From the NCBI GenBank assembly GCA_963817525.1, contig CAWFOU010000002.1, positions 1 to 24,075 on the forward strand: DNA of 24,075 nt, read 5' to 3'. Below, in pieces: positions 8,576 through 17,558 of the stretch. The DNA is from an uncultured archaeon. GTDB taxonomy: Archaea; Thermoproteota; Nitrososphaeria; Nitrososphaerales; Gagatemarchaeaceae. A program made the translations under genes and the position numbers. Below the pieces are notes generated by a model. That model saw only the letters and a list, made by a program, of their open reading frames with translations, made no database searches and had not been told where the DNA came from. Positions within the stretch are counted from its first letter, which is position 1, and each line of letters opens with the position of its first letter.

Positions 8576-8889
8576 ATGAGTGGTGAGGAGTTAAGTCCAA
8601 GGCCAAGCAGACCGCCAAGAGCGCAGGCGAGCTTCTCGACGCGGTGGAGAAGGCCGCGCGCGCCCGGCTCTCGAAGGAGGCTCCGAAGGTCGTGAACGCC
8701 CTCGACAGCTCGTTCGACAAGGCTTCGAAGACCCTGGCGGACACGCTGAAGACGATCGACAAGAGCACCGCGAAGGAGCAGGCCGAGCTTCTGAAGGCCT
8801 ACAAGTCCTTCCTGGACAAGCAGGCCGAGATCATCGAGAAGCGGATGGCCTCGATGAGGGACAAGGAACCAAAGTCCGAGAGCGGCTAG
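8576..8889 (+). CDS. Lys/Ala-rich amphipathic helical protein with an apparent 1-bp deletion near 8590
   Basis: ATG at 8576 (MSGEE) joins VKSKAKQTAKSAGELLDAVEKAAR... of ORF 8644..8889 if one base is restored. Confidence 0.6.
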
Positions 8890-10393
8890 GGCCGCCTCGA
8901 CGAGCTTTGACTAGGCGGTGGTACAGAGTCGCCGGACGCGGCGACCGTTATCTCGGGCGCCCCCTGTTGCGCAGCGTTCTCGATTGCGTCCTTCGCCACG
9001 GAGGATACCGCCTGCGCTGGAGCCTCGACCGCGACGGCCTCGCCGATTGCCGCGTCAGCGCCGCGCGCCTCCTGTGTCTGCGAGCTGATCTCTGCTAGCT
9101 GGGAAGCGACCTCACGGATTTCTGGGACAGCAGTCTCTGTTGCGACTGGCGCGGAAATCGACTCGGCGATCGGCGCGTCCGCCTGGACGATGGGCTCCGT
9201 TGCCTCTGGAATCGACTGCTCGCTGACGGCCGTCGCCACCACCTCGATTGGAATCTCGGCTGCGGGTGCCACCGTTATGATTTCTGGCTCTGGGGTTGCG
9301 ATTGTCTCCGCGACTTGCGCCGGGGTCTCTGGCGCTGCGATTTCGATGCCCTCCGCCGTCGCGACTACGACCTCTGCGATGGGCTCCGGCGCGGAGATCT
9401 CGCTGGGCGCTGTCACCTCGGCAGCGACTTCGATGACGGGCTCTGGTGCACTGACCACCGCTTCGGGCTGCACATCTATGCTAGCGGGCGCGGCTGGCTC
9501 GGGGGCAGCGACCTCGATGGTCTCGAGCCTTGAACTTCGACCTCTGGCGCGGCTGGCTCGGCCACGGTTGCCTCAGCCTGCGCCTCTGTCCTGGCCTCCT
9601 CCGGCTGGACGGCCCCTCCCGTCACCGCCTCGGCGAGGGAGACGACCCTTGAGACGAGCTCGTCGTAGACCGACTGGGGGACATGCTCCGCCAGCCTGCT
9701 CTCGAGCTCCTTCACCCTCATCTCGCTGGAGACGAGCTGCTCTCTCGGCGCCATCGTGTACATGGCGCCCTCGAGCTCCTCGACCTTCTGCTTGATCGCG
9801 GTGTAGTCAGACGCCGGGACCATCTCGGCCAGCTGCCTGGTGGCCTCGTCGAACCTCTCCTTTAGGGAGTTGTAGTCGGAAGCCGGGATCATCGTGCCAA
9901 TCTGGCGCGAGACCTCGTTGAACCTCGCCTCTAGGGAGTTGTAGTCGAACCTCCTGACCATCCCGCGCTTGTCCTCCTCGAGGTCCCTGGTCTTGGAGAG
10001 GGCCTGGAGGTGCACGTTGGACGGGACCGTGCCCTGGGCGATCTTCGTCGCGATGGCGTCTAGGATCTTGCCCTGGGCGGTGAGCGCCTTGCCGCTCGTG
10101 GAGGCGTCGTCCTCTATCGAGTCGAGGATCTTGCCCTGGGAGTTTGCGGTCTTGCCGAGGGAAGCGATGAGGTCCTCGACCCCGGAGATCTGCTTGTTGA
10201 TCGCTATCGTCTTCTGGTTCTCGAGCCTGGAGCGGTCCAGATCCCTCTCAAGGGAGTCTATCTGTTTCTCGAGCTTCGAGGTAATCTCATGGTGCTCCTT
10301 CTTGGACACCGATTGCCTCAGCTGAACCTCAAGAGTCTTGCACCTCAGCGCAAGCTTCTTCGCGTCGTCGACCTGGGTCTCTACCTTGCTCAT
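8886..10393 (-). CDS. Coiled-coil protein with 23-aa repeats and an acidic Ala/Glu/Pro-rich tail, frameshifted near 9528
   Basis: ORFs 9476..10393 and 8886..9473 join as ...APEVEVQG/LETIEVAAPEPAAPASIDVQPEAV... after a one-base correction. Confidence 0.7.
9617..10030 (-). repeat. Six degenerate in-frame 69-bp (23-aa) tandem repeats
   Basis: Units start TVP122, MVR145, MIP168, MVP191, MAP214, HVP237. The DNA string tagggagttgtagtcg recurs 69 bp apart. Confidence 0.8.
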
Positions 10394-10635
10394 GTCAGTA
10401 ATCGAGATGAAGTCGCGCGCTTCGCTGATATCGCGCTAAGTCAATACGATTTTACCTATACATGAACTCTTGTAAGTATTGTTGCCGGGGGGCGGGCGTT
10501 TCGCTTGCGCCTCTTGAAAGAGGCGTCGAAGGTGAAGGGGCGCTCGGTGTAAGCCTTCTCAGGCAGAGGTGGGAGAACGTCCTCTGCCTAGAAGCGGTAG
10601 TCTCATCGGTGTAAAGGTTTGAGAAAAAGTCCGGC

Positions 10636-11157
10636 CTAGGCCCAGGTGGGCTTGTAGGCTAGCAGCGTCTCGCTCGTCTTTACGCCTTGCACGTCGGCGA
10701 TCTTGTTCACTGCGGAGAGGATCTCGTTGGTGTCCCTTCCGTACACGGTGCATAGGACGTCGAATTCGCCCTGTACGACGAACGCGTTTCTGACCTGCTC
10801 GATCTGCTGAATCGACTGTAGGACCTTCTGTGCCTGCTCGTTGACTTGCAACAGCACTAGCGCAAGAGAGTCAGCTGCCTGGACTGTCTTGGTGGTTGCA
10901 GAGCCGTCGACCGGGTTATAGGTTCTTGTCGCTGTGACCCCGCTCAAGGATCGGATCTGGTTTATGGTCTCGTACACGCGCCTCGAGTCCATCGCCTTTA
11001 GCTCGACTGCGATGTCGAACCTTCCGATGGTCGGCGAGAAGTAGTTGATTCCCTGCATGCTGCTCAGGTGCTCGGTAACTTGGCCGAGCATCTTTGGGGT
11101 GATCGAGACGAAGATGGTTGTTGGATAGGTGGTCTGTGCGGTCATTGTAGTGGACAT
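10636..11157 (-). CDS. Tandem Lrp/AsnC ligand-binding (RAM) domain protein without HTH
   Basis: Two copies of the pattern G.FD+...I..+.GV..(T/S).T (IGRFDIAV...IRSLSGVTATRT; QGEFDVLC...IADVQGVKTSET). Confidence 0.85.
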   Translation of the reverse strand: MSTTMTAQTTYPTTIFVSITPKMLGQVTEHLSSMQGINYFSPTIGRFDIAVELKAMDSRRVYETINQIRSLSGVTATRTYNPVDGSATTKTVQAADSLALVLLQVNEQAQKVLQSIQQIEQVRNAFVVQGEFDVLCTVYGRDTNEILSAVNKIADVQGVKTSETLLAYKPTWA

Positions 11158-11343
11158 ATCTATTTCAGAATCGCATTAGATATATCGACTATATAAAGGT
11201 ATATAAGGAGAAAGTCGACTCTGGCCAACGGTCCGGGGATGTGAAGGGCTGTCCAACGGCGGGTGATGCCTTTATCCTTCGTCGATCGGGAAGTAAAGGT
11301 GGATGGAACTGCTTAAGAAATCCCTTGAGCAAAAGAAGTCGGA

Positions 11344-11592
11344 TTGAGACGCAAGGTAACTGTGATAGTCATAGTTATTTTGGCGCTTTTGTTCATGTAT
11401 TTTCCTTTTGTAAGCATGTCCACTTATCTTGGACCCTGCCCGACCCATACATGCCGTCCGTCAGATTTCGAAGTGTCTCCCAGTTGCTACTTGCTGGCGA
11501 TGGGCCCTAGCTGGTTGGTTGCCAACACGGCGTTTGGGGCATACTACTCGAATGGAGAGGCGGGCATCGGCTGCTCGCCCCTCATTGATTAG
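11344..11592 (+). CDS. Small Cys-containing membrane-anchored or secreted protein
   Basis: MRRK plus a hydrophobic stretch, four Cys, and CTTAAG about 27 bp upstream. Confidence 0.55.
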   Translation: MRRKVTVIVIVILALLFMYFPFVSMSTYLGPCPTHTCRPSDFEVSPSCYLLAMGPSWLVANTAFGAYYSNGEAGIGCSPLID

Positions 11593-11655
11593 CTGTCTCA
11601 CCCGTCATTGGACACACTTGGAAATCACCCGCTGATTGGAGAGAGCCCGCCTCCG

Positions 11656-11673
11656 GGTTCTGTTCCGTTGATT
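11656..11673 (+). repeat. Left terminal inverted repeat (target duplication CGCCTCCG at 11648-11655)
   Basis: GGTTCTGTTCCGTTGATT is the exact reverse complement of 14008-14025. GG-starting ends are typical of IS6. Confidence 0.95.
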
Positions 11674-11714
11674 CCGTAAGCGAAGACCCGTTCCAAGGGG
11701 GGGTGGTGGGCTGA

Positions 11715-12560
11715 ATGGAGCCGCGCCCAAGGCCATTCATACCAAGGCCCGCGCCCAAGCCTTTTAGGTTCCTAAAGCCAAAGCCACGCCGAATGACGAC
11801 AGTATTCGCGCTCGAATGCAAGGAAGGCATCATTATGGCTCTCGATACACAATACACAGGGCGCTTCAAGGAAAAGGGGCCGAAGGCATGGGAACTTAGA
11901 GACAACGTAATAATGGGAATCGCGGGGGTAAACAACTACAACTATCTTTTCTACCGCCGCCTTGCTGACGAGTTTGACAAGACTGACGAGATTACCCTCC
12001 CAGACCGCATAGACCGAGGAATCGAGGCGTTCAACACTGAGATTTTCCGGAGGAACAAGGCGACGTTGCTTACCCGTTCGGAGATTGATTACAACCAGCC
12101 CGAAGCGATAATCGCGGGATATGACGAGGGCTTGGAAAGCTTCGCAATATTTCAAGTGAGTCCTCCTGACCCCTGCGACCAAATCGCTCATAGAGCCGCA
12201 GTTGGGACGGGAGGAACAGCCGCGACAGTCTTTCTGAAGACTATCGAGTCGCTTATGGAGGATTATCGGATAAGATATACAGACTTGTCGTGGCAACTAA
12301 TCGGGCAACTGTCATTCATACTGCTCTCCAGAGTGAGCTTTCTCGACCCGAACTCGTCTGGGGCGACCATACTCTACCTTGAGAAAGACAGTAATGCCAT
12401 AGTCGATCCAAGCGCCCTGTTCCCGAAGGGAACTTCTCCCAACTTTCTTTCAGCTTTCACCGAGAGAGTCATAGAGGAGGTAGGTATCGAGAAGGTCGAT
12501 AGATTCCTTAAGGATTGGAAGCTGAAAGATTTGCTGAAGGGGTTAGGAGGTTCGCCTTGA
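11715..12560 (+). CDS. Proteasome beta-subunit-like Ntn hydrolase (mature Thr1 after Met at 11793)
   Basis: M-TTVFALECKEGIIMALD (Thr1, Asp17), K30, GIAG, AVGTGG, DPNSSG parallel beta-subunit motifs. Preceded by a Pro/Arg/Lys-rich 26-aa leader. Confidence 0.75.
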   Translation: MEPRPRPFIPRPAPKPFRFLKPKPRRMTTVFALECKEGIIMALDTQYTGRFKEKGPKAWELRDNVIMGIAGVNNYNYLFYRRLADEFDKTDEITLPDRIDRGIEAFNTEIFRRNKATLLTRSEIDYNQPEAIIAGYDEGLESFAIFQVSPPDPCDQIAHRAAVGTGGTAATVFLKTIESLMEDYRIRYTDLSWQLIGQLSFILLSRVSFLDPNSSGATILYLEKDSNAIVDPSALFPKGTSPNFLSAFTERVIEEVGIEKVDRFLKDWKLKDLLKGLGGSP

Positions 12561-12725
12561 GCCTCCTTTGGACGACAGCACCAGCTTCTTGCCTTCTCGG
12601 CTCGGCTCCAATTCATCCCCTTCCTTCCATCCAAGCTCCTGAACCTCCTCGGGAGGTATGACCACGCTCCATCTGAAATATTCCTTTCCCTTCACCTCCC
12701 TTGTCTTCTGCTTCTGCAACCTCAT
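12543..12725 (-). CDS. AbrB/MazE/SpoVT-family DNA-binding protein
   Basis: SVVIPPEEVQELGWKEGDEL swapped-hairpin signature. Confidence 0.88.
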   Translation of the reverse strand: MRLQKQKTREVKGKEYFRWSVVIPPEEVQELGWKEGDELEPSREGKKLVLSSKGGSRRTS

Positions 12726-12742
12726 TACTCCAAGGCCTTCTC

Positions 12743-12811
12743 TTAGGAGCCTAATAAGGATTAGATACCTAAAGGTTCATATAGTTAGGTATCTAATACT
12801 TAGGTGCCTAA
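12743..12811. promoter_or_regulatory. Four 12-bp palindromic operator-like boxes (TTAGRNRYCTAA)
   Basis: TTAGGAGCCTAA 12743, TTAGATACCTAA 12761, TTAGGTATCTAA 12785, TTAGGTGCCTAA 12800, all between the divergent abrB-like and transposase starts. Confidence 0.8.
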
Positions 12812-12812
12812 C

Positions 12813-13997
12813 ATGTCTCAGCAAAACGCGGGGGATGCACGAATGACGAAGGCGCTGGTAATCTGCGATGAGAACAGGATAACGGAGAATCAGGACGGTT
12901 CTTTCAGCGTCCCGTCGCAGAGCAAGCAAGGCCTAACCTACGAAGTCCGACTACTCGGACCCTCATGGGTCTGCTCATGTCCCGACTTTGAGACGCGAGC
13001 AGACCAGATAGAGGCCTGCAAGCATGCGCTCGCGGTCAAGCTCTGGATTGCCGCGAGAGTCGAGATTCAACAAAAGCCCAAGCCCAAAGTCTTCGCAGAC
13101 GACGCGGTTCAATGCGGCAAGTGTGGGTCGATCAAGGTCATCCGGTTCGGTAGCTCGCACGGCAAGCAGGCCTTCAAGTGCAACGATTGCGGCCACAGGT
13201 TCAGAGAGCAGGCGCTAATCAGAGGGTCGAGATACACCCCAGAGGTAGTCAGTCTCACCCTCGACCTCTACTTTTCAGGCATGAGCCTTCGCAAGATTGC
13301 CCGGACGGTGAACAGCCAATTCGGGACGGAGATGGGCGCGACCTCAATCTATCGGTGGATTGAAACCTTCGTGCCCAAGATTTCCGACTATGTGAACAGC
13401 CTAACCCCACAGCTTTCAGAGACATGGCAGGCCGATGAGGTCTTCGTGAAGATGAGGGGAGGAGAGACGGCGAAGGGCGGGATGGAGAGGAAGACGATGA
13501 AGGGCATGGCCTACCTCTGGAACGTGATGGACAGAAAGACGCGGTTTCTTCTTGCGTCCCGACTCTCTCAGCACAGGAACGTCAACGGTGCGGTCGCTGT
13601 CTTCAACGAGGCGAGGCGAAACGCCAACGGGAGCGAGCCTGAAAAGATATTCGCGGACGGCCTGAGCGCCTATCCGCAGGCCTTGACCTATTGGGAAGGG
13701 GAGAGCGCGAGGCCTGAGTTAGTCGCAAGGATGGGAGTCGGCAAGCCCCACGCCAACAACAACCGCGTAGAGAGGATGAACGGCACCCTTCGGGAGAGAA
13801 TCAAGGTTCAACGCGGATGGAAGTCGATGAAGACCACGCTCGCCGAAGGCCAGAGGATTCACTACAACTTCGTAAAGCCCCACGAGGCCTTAGAAGGCCA
13901 GACCCCCGCAGACGCGGCGGGAATCGGGGTTCAGGGAGAGCAGAAGTGGCTCGCCCTGCTCACCAAGGCGCTCACCACCCAAAGTGAAACGGCATGA
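12813..13997 (+). CDS. IS6-family DDE transposase with N-terminal SWIM finger and Zn ribbon
   Basis: SWIM CSCPDF...CKH, Zn ribbon CGKC...CNDC, HTH GMSLRKIAR, DDE triad WQADE / FADG / NNRVER. Confidence 0.93.
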   Translation: MSQQNAGDARMTKALVICDENRITENQDGSFSVPSQSKQGLTYEVRLLGPSWVCSCPDFETRADQIEACKHALAVKLWIAARVEIQQKPKPKVFADDAVQCGKCGSIKVIRFGSSHGKQAFKCNDCGHRFREQALIRGSRYTPEVVSLTLDLYFSGMSLRKIARTVNSQFGTEMGATSIYRWIETFVPKISDYVNSLTPQLSETWQADEVFVKMRGGETAKGGMERKTMKGMAYLWNVMDRKTRFLLASRLSQHRNVNGAVAVFNEARRNANGSEPEKIFADGLSAYPQALTYWEGESARPELVARMGVGKPHANNNRVERMNGTLRERIKVQRGWKSMKTTLAEGQRIHYNFVKPHEALEGQTPADAAGIGVQGEQKWLALLTKALTTQSETA

Positions 13998-14007
13998 GCG
14001 GCCACCT

Positions 14008-14025
14008 AATCAACGGAACAGAACC
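14008..14025 (-). repeat. Right terminal inverted repeat (target duplication CGCCTCCG at 14026-14033)
   Basis: AATCAACGGAACAGAACC, 10 bp after the transposase stop. Confidence 0.95.
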
Positions 14026-14156
14026 CGCCTCCGGCGCCACCAGGGTTAAATAGGCGGCCGCAGAGTCTGTTTTTGCAGGCAGTTCGGTTCGACGATTCGG
14101 AGCGTTTTAGGTTCTGATTCTCTGACGAGGATATATCCTGTAGAAGCAAAACAAAA

Positions 14157-15387
14157 TTGAGTACATTTGAAGAAATGAAGCTCGACCCCTTGATAATGAA
14201 GGGAGTCGAAAAGATGGGTTTCACAAAACCCACCCCCATTCAGGAGAAGACGATCGGACCTCTGATGAGAGGCAAGGACGTGATAGGACAGGCCAAGACG
14301 GGCTCCGGGAAGACCGCTCGCCTTCTCGGTGCCCCTGTTGCACTCGATAGACCCGAGGAACCGCCAGGTCCAGGCGCTCGTCCTGGCGCCGACGCGGGAG
14401 CTCGCGGTCCAGATAACGCAGGAGATGAGGAAGCTCGGCGCCCACACCGGCGTCAGGGCGGTCACGATCTACGGCGGCCAGTCGATAGGCGTGCAGCGGG
14501 ATGAGCTTAGGCGCGGAGCCCAGGTGGTCGTCGGCACCACCGGCAGGGTCATCGACCACATCAAGCGCAGGTGGCTCGACCTTCGCTCGGTCAGGTTCGT
14601 CGTCCTGGACGAGGCGGACACCATGCTCGACATGGGCTTCATCGACGACGTCGACTACATCCTGGGCTGCATCCAGGGGAAGAGGCAGGTGTGCATCTTC
14701 TCCGCCACCATGCCCCAGAGGATTGCGGAGCTCTCGAGGAAGTACATGGTCGACCCCGAGAAGATCCTCGTGGACTCGGACGAGCCCTCCGTCGAGACGC
14801 TCGACCAGTACTACGCCGTGGTCAGGCACGACGAGAAGCTCGAGTTCCTCACCGACCTCCTCCAGAAGGAGCGCCCGGCCAGCACGATAATCTTCCGCAG
14901 GACCAAGCACGGCGCGGACAAGCTCGCGACGGACCTCCACAGGAAGGGGTACGAGGTCGTGCCGCTCCACGGGAACCTCTCGCAGAACCAGAGGGACCAC
15001 TACATGGACGCCTTCAGGGACGGGCGCGCAGACGTCCTCGTCGCGACGGACATCGCCAGCAGGGGCATAGACGTGTCCCAGGTGGCGTGCGTCGTGAACT
15101 ACGACGTCCCCGTCGACCCGCTGGTCTACTTCCACAGGGTGGGCAGGACCGCGAGGGCAGGGAGAGCGGGGAAGGCCTACTCCTTCGTCTCGAAGGAGGA
15201 GTCGGGCGACTTTGGGCGCATCCTCAGGATGACAAAGGCCCCGATACTCCCCATGAGGCCGGAGGACAAGCTGCACACGTTCGTCCCAGGCACGTCAGTC
15301 CACAGTAGTGGAGGCGGGGGGTACGGCGGTCGAGGCCACCGCGGCCAAGGGAGCCGGAACCAGCACGGGTACCGCCGCTACCGCTGA
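14157..15387 (+). CDS. DEAD-box RNA helicase, +1 frameshift near 14318
   Basis: Q motif GFTKPTPIQ, AKTGSGKT, PTRELA, DEAD, SAT, SRGID, HRVGRTARAG, and a Gly/Arg tail. Confidence 0.93.
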
Positions 15388-15481
15388 GCTAGAATTCAGG
15401 GTCCTTGGGACTCTGAATATAGAATAGTGGTCTGGACCAGAAAACCGTGGGCGTTTTTATAACAACGATAGAGTCTTTTTC

Positions 15482-16108
15482 GTGAATTTGTCCGCCATGG
15501 GCTCGGACCCGTTGGAGTCTCGGATGCTCGATTCGATAAAGGCGACCCTCACCAGGGTGCTGGGCACGGAGAGCGCCCGGGCGGTGGAGTTCTACGTTGA
15601 CAATCACCTGGCCCTGCAGGACCCGGCGGCCTTCGAGCAGGCCCTCGCCGACTTTTTGGGGTCGCAGGCGGGGGGCCTCCTCATCGAGGCGATAAAGGCC
15701 GACCTGCGGAAGGAGGGCGTAAAGTCCAAGGTGCCCGAGCCTGTCTCCAAGTTCCTGTCCCACGAGGTCACCATCGCCAACCGGCCGCCCGTGGCCCCTG
15801 TAGACAGGCGGCCGTCCAAGCTTCCCCCAGCCGGCGCTCACTTTGAGCGCTTCGTCGAGGCGACCACGCTGGCGATGGAGGCGGGGATCACGTTCAAGGA
15901 CCTTGTCATGGAGGGCCTGGTGTCGAGGCAGGGCGAGACCTGCGGGTACGCCACAATCGCGTGCCTTGGCAGGAAGGCCCTGGAGGACCCCGCCGCCTTC
16001 GCCCAGAGGGTCGCGACGGTCTTTGGTCTGCAAGCCATGACGATGCTGAACAGCCTGACCTCCTACTGCGAAACGAGGGCCAAGGCGCGTCAACTTACCG
16101 CGTCCTGA
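15482..16108 (+). CDS. Hypothetical protein with two DUF3227/NitrOD5-like helical units
   Basis: TLTRVLGTESARAVEFY...LQDPAAFEQALADFLG and a second LEDPAAFAQRVATVFG. TTTTTATAA lies upstream. Confidence 0.6.
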   Translation: MNLSAMGSDPLESRMLDSIKATLTRVLGTESARAVEFYVDNHLALQDPAAFEQALADFLGSQAGGLLIEAIKADLRKEGVKSKVPEPVSKFLSHEVTIANRPPVAPVDRRPSKLPPAGAHFERFVEATTLAMEAGITFKDLVMEGLVSRQGETCGYATIACLGRKALEDPAAFAQRVATVFGLQAMTMLNSLTSYCETRAKARQLTAS

Positions 16109-16195
16109 ATGGACAGGGCGCCGAGGACTCGAGCTTCCGGATGTTGGAAGGTTCAGGTGCCAATCCTTATACTCTGAGTTCGACCAAAACGAATC

Positions 16196-17558
16196 GTGCC
16201 GGTAACCATAACCTGCTATGGCGGGGTCGGCGAGATCGGGGGCAACAAGATCCTCATCTCGGACAGGGACACGAAGGTCTTCCTCGACTTTGGCGCCGGG
16301 TTCTCGGAGGGGACCGACTTCTTCTCGGGAGGGATTGAGCCGAGGGGGGTGAACGGCGCGGGGGACTATTTCGAGTTCGGGCTCCTGCCAGAGATACGGG
16401 GGCTGTACTCAGAGCAGGCGCTCCAGAACACGGAGCTGAAGCACACCAAGACCCCCGAGATCGACGCGATCATCCTCAGCCACTACCATTACGACCACTT
16501 TGGGAGGATAAGGTTCACTGACCCGAAGATCCCGATATACTGCGGCGAGACCACCGCCCTGATACACCAGGCGTATAGCGAGTCGAGCGGCTCACCGCTG
16601 GACGGCCACAAGATCGAGACCTTCAGGACGGGCGACAGGTTCAAGGTAGGGAGCCTGGAGGTTCAGCCTATCCACGTGGACCACTCCATCCCCGGGGCGT
16701 ACGGGCTCGGTGATCCACACGTCGGAGGGCGCGCTGGCCTATACGGGGGACTTTAGGTTCCATGGGCCTGCGGGGAGGATGACGGAGGATTTCATCGCGG
16801 GCGCGGCGAAGGAGAAGCCCATCGCCCTGGTCAGCGAGGGGACTCGGGTGTCGGACTCCGGGCAGGGGAAGGAGTCCACCGAGGAGGACGTGTTCGTGGC
16901 CATGAGAGAGCTGCTGAAGACCGCCGGGCACTTGGTCTTTTCGTCCTTCAGGGGAAACGACGTCGATAGGATAGTCTCTTTCGACCGGGCCTGCAAGACG
17001 GCTGGCAGGACGCTGGTCGTGCCTCCGAAGATAGCGATCCTGCTCGACAAGCTCCGGGACGACAAGAACCTGAAGGTGCCCAGGGTCGGCAAAGACGTCT
17101 CTGTCTACCTCAGGCGCAAGAGGGGAGGGACATATGACGACAAGGACTATTTTCCGTGGGAGAGGGACTTCCTCGACCGCGGGGTCACGGCCGAGCAGGT
17201 GAGAAGGAGGGAGAAGGAGTGGCTCCTCCACCTCGACCAATGGTACCTGCCCGAGCTGATCGACATAAAACCGACGAAGGGCGGCTCTTACGTCCACGCG
17301 ACGACGGAGGCGTACAACGAGGAGGGGGAGGAGGAAGAGCAGGTGATTAAGAACTGGGTGGACTATTTCGGCTTTAGCTACCACCAAATCCACGCGTCGG
17401 GGCACGCGCCCATGGAGAAGGTCGGCCATCTAGTCAATGGAGTGGATGCCAAGAACGTCATCCCCGTCCACACGGAGAGGCCGGAGCTCTTCAAGTCCTT
17501 CGCCAAGGGAAGCCGGGTCCTGATTCCCGTGTTCGCCGAAGGCCTTGAACTGAGGTGA
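16196..17558 (+). CDS. Metallo-beta-lactamase/beta-CASP ribonuclease (RNase J-like), +1 frameshift near 16709
   Basis: GGVGEIGGNK, LDFG, SHYHYDH, DHSIPGA, YTGDFRFHG, HASGHA, PVHTE. Confidence 0.9.

Larger units (their letters stand above)
11656..14025 (+). mobile_element. Complete IS6-family element (2370 bp) carrying passenger genes
   Basis: Perfect 18-bp TIRs GGTTCTGTTCCGTTGATT, 8-bp direct repeat CGCCTCCG on both sides, and an IS6-type DDE transposase inside. Confidence 0.95.

Noticed and set aside
11715-12725. Classical toxin-antitoxin operon (AbrB antitoxin plus toxin)
   Set aside because: The genes are convergent rather than co-transcribed, and the partner has no PIN/MazF features. 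The boxes point to transposase regulation instead.
14310-14330. Programmed frameshift in the DEAD-box gene (and in the beta-CASP and DUF2075 genes)
   Set aside because: No slippery heptamer at the shift sites, and the number of indels across unrelated genes points to assembly error.
14221-16093. Long antisense and alternate-frame ORFs (14221..15276, 14571..15308, 15389..16093)
   Set aside because: Shadows of GC-rich real genes, with no motifs. The same applies to 9190..9795, 16668..17429, 712..1218 and 3959..4474.
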